A stretch of DNA of 32,000 nucleotides from the NCBI RefSeq assembly GCF_001735745.1, contig NZ_CP017260.1, positions 2,640,001 to 2,672,000 of the forward strand, given 5' to 3'. Source of the stretch: Formosa sp. Hel1_33_131. GTDB lineage: Bacteria > Bacteroidota > Bacteroidia > Flavobacteriales > Flavobacteriaceae. The notes beneath the pieces were generated by a model. The model was not told the origin of the DNA, made no database searches, and saw nothing but the letters and a program-made list of their open reading frames with translations. Position numbers and translations under genes: made by a program. This document shows, piece by piece, positions 27,970 through 32,000 of the stretch (position 1 is its first letter; each line of letters begins with the position of its first letter).

Positions 27970-28170
27970 ATGATTGAAAACAATAAAATATTATTTGGTG
28001 TAGGGTGTATTATTTTCGGTGTTGTTTTCTTGTATTATAATTTTAATAATAATGACTATAAGAATGATAGGGCATGGGATATAGCTATGATTTTTAAAGG
28101 TTTGGTTGGAGGTTTAGCAGTTATATTAATAGGCATTATCGCTATACTGATGCATTTTAATTTTTTGTAA
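27970..28170 (+). CDS. small two-TM inner-membrane protein, candidate cognate immunity protein
   Basis: ATG at 27970, 4 nt after the RHS stop; the ORF-track TTG at 27946 would overlap. The 66 aa contain two hydrophobic helices (ILFGVGCIIFGVVFLYY and FKGLVGGLAVILIGIIAILM). The position immediately 3' of a polymorphic toxin tip is the canonical immunity slot. Confidence 0.65.
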   Translation: MIENNKILFGVGCIIFGVVFLYYNFNNNDYKNDRAWDIAMIFKGLVGGLAVILIGIIAILMHFNFL

Positions 28171-28196
28171 AAATAATTGTCAGAAAATATTATAGA

Positions 28197-28883
28197 ATGA
28201 AAAATAAAAATTTAATTGGAATAATAATATTAGTTTTATTATTTAATTGGAATTACGGTTCATCTCAAAACTACTTTGAAGGAGAAATGTATTTTCATAT
28301 AGATTATGAGTTAATCGATAAGAAAATATCCAAAAACAACCTAATTAAGCAAATGGGAGATTCTGTAGTTGCTTACCTAAAAGAAGATAAGTTTGTACTA
28401 CTACATAATTCAAAAGGAAAATTAGGTAAAAGAAAGACTATATTTTTACTTAATGAAGGTTTTAACTATGTAGATTATGAAAAGTCAGACACTATAATGA
28501 GATTTAATTTAAATAAAATTTCAGGAAAACTTTTAAATTTTAATAGAAATTTACACGAAAATAAACCTATACTTAATGAATTATGTGAATCAATAACTAT
28601 AGAGTTTGAATCAACTAACAAAGAAGATTTTTTTCAGAAACACAAAGGTAAATACTATTTTAGTGCAAATAATTATAAATTAAATCCAAAGTATTACAGG
28701 AATTATGAAAGCAATTTTTGGAATTTATTTGTTAAAGAGTCTACTTCAATTTCCCTGAGAAACGAAGTCGAATACTATCCATTATTTAAATCAATACAAC
28801 AGGTTTATGGAACAATCAAAAGGAAAATACCAGATTCAGTATTTCAATTAAATAAAAATAAATATATTAAAATTATGAAATAG
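28197..28883 (+). CDS. secreted hypothetical protein (signal peptide; unknown family)
   Basis: 228 aa with an N-terminal MKNKNLIGIIILVLLFNWNYGSS|QN signal peptide. The protein is very Asn/Lys/Tyr-rich and the DNA is extremely AT-rich: a hand count of the 60-nt line at 28201 gives 8 G+C. Confidence 0.6.
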   Translation: MKNKNLIGIIILVLLFNWNYGSSQNYFEGEMYFHIDYELIDKKISKNNLIKQMGDSVVAYLKEDKFVLLHNSKGKLGKRKTIFLLNEGFNYVDYEKSDTIMRFNLNKISGKLLNFNRNLHENKPILNELCESITIEFESTNKEDFFQKHKGKYYFSANNYKLNPKYYRNYESNFWNLFVKESTSISLRNEVEYYPLFKSIQQVYGTIKRKIPDSVFQLNKNKYIKIMK

Positions 28884-29089
28884 GTTGTCAACAGGGAGAT
28901 TGTTATGATCCAGTAGATTTTAAAAATGACTCAGATGATGAGATTTATAAAAAACTTTTAAACAATATTACCACTTTTGTTAAAGCTAAAAATAAAGCCA
29001 TAAGAACAAGAGAGACAATGGCAGCCGTTTATATTGAAGAACTTATTAGGCTAGATAATATATATGGGGATATTCATAAATCCCCTCCT

Positions 29090-29116
29090 CGCTGCCGCAC
29101 GAATCCTTTCGTGTGG
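29090..29116. repeat. REP-like hairpin, left copy of an inverted pair
   Basis: cgctgCCGCACGAATCCTTTCGTGTGG. The 22-nt core (29095-29116) is the exact reverse complement of 29300-29321. The core is itself a hairpin with a 9-bp stem (one G-T pair) and a tcct loop. Confidence 0.75.
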
Positions 29117-29183
29117 TCATAAAGAAAAGTAACGAGTTTGATAAAAACAAAGAATTGTATTTTAAATTTAAGAAGGAGGTTAG

Positions 29184-29324
29184 ATGAGTAGAAATTATAA
29201 ATTTCATAATCCAGAAGAATATGTTTATAGTAGTGCCGTTGATTATGCAGATCAAAAAGGATTTATAGATGATGTGCTGGTTTTTACAATGTTAAATTAC
29301 CACACGAAAGGATTCGTGCGGTAG
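29184..29324 (+). pseudogene. N-terminal stub of a RAYT / IS200-IS605-type Y1 transposase
   Basis: 46-codon ORF MSRNYKFHNPEEYVYSSAVDY... preceded by AAGGAGG. From memory, the MSRxYKFHNxE..Y.xS.A start matches the N-terminus of Bacteroidota Y1_Tnp/RAYT-like transposases. There is no HUH motif or catalytic Tyr region, and the ORF runs into the right hairpin. Confidence 0.4.
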
Positions 29325-29326
29325 CG
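29300..29326. repeat. REP-like hairpin, right copy of an inverted pair
   Basis: CCACACGAAAGGATTCGTGCGGtagcg is the reverse complement of 29090-29116, with a perfect 22-nt core and 4/5 matches in the extension. The two copies are 183 bp apart. Confidence 0.75.
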
Positions 29327-29403
29327 GGGCTGCTTTTGATAATAACCCAGTTTTTTGGGCGGACCCTGATGCCGCTAGTTTGCGACCACTAAACAAAGTT
29401 TAG
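29326..29403 (+). pseudogene. orphan RHS core-end fragment
   Basis: The frame reads GAAFDNNPVFWADPDAASLRPLNKV*. AFDNNPVFWADP matches 11 of 12 residues of AFDNNPVFFADP at the core end of the intact RHS gene (27284-27317), but with different codons. Only 11 codons follow the DP. Confidence 0.55.
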
Positions 29404-29422
29404 CATAGCAAAACACTGCGTA

Positions 29423-29794
29423 TCACACCTTTTTAAAGGATAAAATAATTTCTTCCTCCTCCTCGGTATCTAATACATGTAATTCATCTGCAGAAATTTC
29501 TAAGATTTTAAAATGAATTTCACCACTTTTGGTTGATAAAAAAATATTCAATGTTTCACCAGACAACTCCCAAGTTCCCTCATCTGTGGTCTCGTCAAGA
29601 GTGGTCTTAAACGTTTTATCCTCTAAATATTCGTGATAGAAATCATCGGTTTCGACAGCTTCGTAAGTGGTCAATACGGTGCCGTCAATTGTAAGTGTGA
29701 GCAATTGCCACTTTCCGATTAAATCTTCTTTGGTTGTTTGTGAGAATGAAATTGTAATAGTAAATAGGCAAATAAAAAGGGCTAATTTTTTCAT
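29423..29794 (-). CDS. small secreted lipocalin-like protein
   Basis: 123 aa with the signal peptide MKKLALFICLFTITISFS|Q. The LIGKWQLLTLTIDG start and alternating beta pattern are typical of Bacteroidota lipocalin-like domains. Confidence 0.55.
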   Translation of the reverse strand: MKKLALFICLFTITISFSQTTKEDLIGKWQLLTLTIDGTVLTTYEAVETDDFYHEYLEDKTFKTTLDETTDEGTWELSGETLNIFLSTKSGEIHFKILEISADELHVLDTEEEEEIILSFKKV

Positions 29795-29904
29795 GGGTTT
29801 TAATGTTTTTTAAGTAGGTTTATTCTCAAATATACAATTATAAATAATTTCACACAGTTAATTTATATAAATATAATGCCTTAACTATTTACAAATAAGT
29901 CCTT

Positions 29905-29931
29905 AAACAAAAAAGCCACTCTAAGAGCGGC
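29905..29931 (-). terminator. rho-independent terminator downstream of the Omp28-like gene
   Basis: On the minus strand: agccgctc-tta-gagtggct (8-bp stem with one G-U) followed by tttttt. It lies 40-65 nt after the stop at 29971. Confidence 0.6.
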
Positions 29932-29970
29932 TTCTTTATGTTTACTATTATTAGATTTTAATTAGACTAT

Positions 29971-31335
29971 TTAATCAAAAGCTTGCGTTTCTCCAACATG
30001 CACTTCTTGTACATTATAAATATCGTAGTGTGGTGAATCTGTATGGGTTTCATCAAAGTAATCCACAAAAGTTTTAGTATAAGTGTTTCTTACAAATGCA
30101 ATCACTTTTAAATTAGCGACATCATCTACATTAGATGGCAAGTCGAGTCCTGTAAGGGTGCGTGTCAAAACACCTCCAGCCATGGTATTAGAAGCGTCAA
30201 TAGCATCTCCTAATTGATCGGTGTAAACTTCTCTTAAAACATCTCTGTGCACATAGTTAGCGCCCTGAGAAGAGCCTGCTTGCGCTGTAGAGGTTGTAAC
30301 ATTATCTTCTAATAAATAAATCATTAATCGTACAGCTTCATTTGCTGCTGTGTTAAATCCAACTTTAACTTCTAAATCGAGTTTACCACCGACAAGAGCT
30401 GCGTCAACAGCTAAACCAACGGTCGCAGTTTCTGCTAGTTCGGTGTTCACTTGTGACATGCTGTTATAATTCCATCGCGTATCTGGACCGTTCACATAAA
30501 CCGTTGGAAAACCAGTCACGTTATAGTAACCAGACCAGAAAGCAGTTTCTGGAATGGTCATTGGCTCACTACCGCCACCACCGGCATGATAACCGACTCC
30601 AAATATGTTTGAATTTCCACTCATCGCATTTGCAATAGCGGAGCCCGCAGGTGGACATTGTGGACACCATGTCCCTGTGAAATCTTCTAAAAGTGCTTTC
30701 TTAGTAAAAGTTGTAGGAGCTCCAGAAGCTGTAAATGACGAGGTGTCACTAGGGCTAGAAGCAGATACCACATTGATAGTTATTGTATTGGAAGTTAAAC
30801 CTTCGTAAGTAGCTTCAAAATTATAAGTGCCATCAGCAGTAAATGGATAGGGATTGGCTGTAGTAACCGTTCCGTTCACAGTCACTTCAGCTTCCGTTGT
30901 GACCGTATTATTGAAGTTATCTGTAACAACAAATATGGCAGAGTCTCCATTGTTATAATTATCTTGATCAAAACTTAATTCAATACTCGTTGGAGGAATA
31001 TCAGTCACAGTTATTGTAAGCGTGTTCGATGTTAAATCTTCGTACGTAGCAACCACTTGGTAAGTTCCTTCTAAGTTAAACGAAAAAGGGTTTGAAACAG
31101 AAAGGTTATCTACTTTTAAAGAAGATAAACTTGTTAAGTCAGTAGAGTTGTTGCCTGTTACGATGAACGCTACTTGAGCACTTGTGTTGACTGTATTAGA
31201 AGCTGTTGACAATGTTATTGATGTTACTGCTTCGTTGTCAGACCCAGAACCAGATCCTGTAGGTTCATTACTGTCAGAGCAACTTGTGATTAAAAATCCA
31301 AGAAGGATAAATTTAAAAAGATTCAATGTTTTCAT
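29971..31335 (-). CDS. Omp28-related outer-membrane lipoprotein with two Ig-like repeats and a thioredoxin-like WCPQC module
   Basis: 454 aa with the lipoprotein signal MKTLNLFKFILLGFLITS|C. It has a tandem domain duplication of about 77 aa (…EGTYQVVATYEDLTSNTLTITVTD / …DGTYNFEATYEGLTSNTITINVV). The C-terminal half has EDFTGTWCPQCP, as recalled for the Omp28 family. Confidence 0.6.
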   Translation of the reverse strand: MKTLNLFKFILLGFLITSCSDSNEPTGSGSGSDNEAVTSITLSTASNTVNTSAQVAFIVTGNNSTDLTSLSSLKVDNLSVSNPFSFNLEGTYQVVATYEDLTSNTLTITVTDIPPTSIELSFDQDNYNNGDSAIFVVTDNFNNTVTTEAEVTVNGTVTTANPYPFTADGTYNFEATYEGLTSNTITINVVSASSPSDTSSFTASGAPTTFTKKALLEDFTGTWCPQCPPAGSAIANAMSGNSNIFGVGYHAGGGGSEPMTIPETAFWSGYYNVTGFPTVYVNGPDTRWNYNSMSQVNTELAETATVGLAVDAALVGGKLDLEVKVGFNTAANEAVRLMIYLLEDNVTTSTAQAGSSQGANYVHRDVLREVYTDQLGDAIDASNTMAGGVLTRTLTGLDLPSNVDDVANLKVIAFVRNTYTKTFVDYFDETHTDSPHYDIYNVQEVHVGETQAFD

Positions 31336-31622
31336 AAGTTTTGTTTAATTAATTATCAAAACAAATAAACAAAATAATAATCATAACTCGTAATTTTTTA
31401 GCTATATAATGACATCTGTTTAAATTGAAAAAATATAATTATGCACTCTAATTCAATTTTAATACTTGAAATAAACACTAATTATCAGCTCAGTTTGACG
31501 ATCTGATTTATTAATAGCATTCACAAATTATTTTTAAAGGAATTTTATTTGAAAGCATTTTACTATCTTTGATATGAATAATATTTACAGATATTATATA
31601 TAAATTTTTTAGAAGGAACTAT

Positions 31623-32000
31623 ATGAAACTATTAGAAGGAAAAACAGCCATCATCACAGGCGCAAGTCGTGGTATTGGAAAAGGAATTGCAACCGTTTTT
31701 GCTCAGCATGGCGCAAATGTTGCGTTTACATACAGTGCATCTGTTGAAGCTGCCAATGCTTTAGAGACAGAATTGCAAGTTTTTGGAACGACCGTTAAAG
31801 GATACCAAAGCAACGCCGCAAATTTTAACGATGCTCAACAATTAGCAGAAGACGTGCTCGCTGATTTTGGAGGGATTGATATTCTCATAAACAACGCCGG
31901 GATTACAAAAGACAATTTACTCATGCGAATGGGTGAAGACGATTTTGATAAAGTGATTGAAGTCAACCTAAAGTCTGTTTTTAACATGACTAAAGCGGTA
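31623..32000 (+). CDS. fabG: 3-oxoacyl-[acyl-carrier-protein] reductase, N-terminal part (runs off the window)
   Basis: MKLLEGKTAIITGASRGIGKGIA...GIDILINNAGITKDNLLMRM is the SDR TGxxxGxG loop plus the NNAG motif, closely FabG-like. The frame is open to base 32000. Confidence 0.88.
   Translation, partial: MKLLEGKTAIITGASRGIGKGIATVFAQHGANVAFTYSASVEAANALETELQVFGTTVKGYQSNAANFNDAQQLAEDVLADFGGIDILINNAGITKDNLLMRMGEDDFDKVIEVNLKSVFNMTKAV

Noticed and set aside
29046-29255. A 69-aa minus-strand ORF across the left REP hairpin.
   Set aside because: It reads through the repeat and is antisense to the transposase stub. Its TTRKDSCGS segment is simply the mirror of the same peptide encoded by the right repeat copy on the plus strand. 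There is no start context or motif.
1-32000. CRISPR arrays, tRNA or rRNA genes, integrase-bounded prophage, or attachment-site direct repeats flanking the island.
   Set aside because: No regularly spaced direct repeats, no GC-rich cloverleaf-sized intergenic segments and no integrase or recombinase ORF are present. The only structured RNA found is rnpB. The island edges are the glyA terminator on the left and REP hairpins on the right, with no matching direct repeats that I could see.

Overview
The window looks like a low-GC Bacteroidota chromosome, probably Flavobacteriia. This is inferred from gene content, TAnnTTTG -7 boxes in front of several genes, and a near absence of Shine-Dalgarno sites. 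Bases 1-19,300 and 29,400-32,000 are ordinary core genome: pdxH tail, SixA-like phosphatase, miaE, dnaX, RNase P RNA, rsmD, a RecD-like helicase, a kdsB operon, yebC, gcvT, thrABC, glyA, an Omp28-like lipoprotein and fabG. Bases 19,427-29,403 form an accessory island. It holds a translationally coupled pair of very large genes that both carry Sec signal peptides. The first (1158 aa) has an SpvB/TcB-N-like N-terminus and a YD-repeat tail. The second (about 1685 aa) is an RHS/YD-repeat polymorphic toxin. Its roughly 210-aa C-terminal tip, after the NNPVFFADPSG core end, contains a glycine-rich hydrophobic segment. A 66-aa two-helix membrane protein follows and is the likely immunity protein, then an extremely AT-rich secreted 228-aa protein. 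Both large genes are compositional mosaics: C-rich blocks of about 50-58% GC have sharp edges against flanks of about 13-38% GC. The RHS gene also carries what looks like a jelly-roll (CBM-like) domain inserted just before its C-terminal core motif. The island ends in a decayed zone with a startless ORF, two inverted REP-like hairpins bracketing the N-terminal stub of a RAYT/IS200-like transposase, and an orphan RHS core-end fragment (AFDNNPVFWADP). No PAAR, VgrG, Hcp, TcA or T9SS C-terminal domain is visible, so the delivery route is open. That open question is the main candidate for something undescribed. No tRNA, rRNA or CRISPR array was found.
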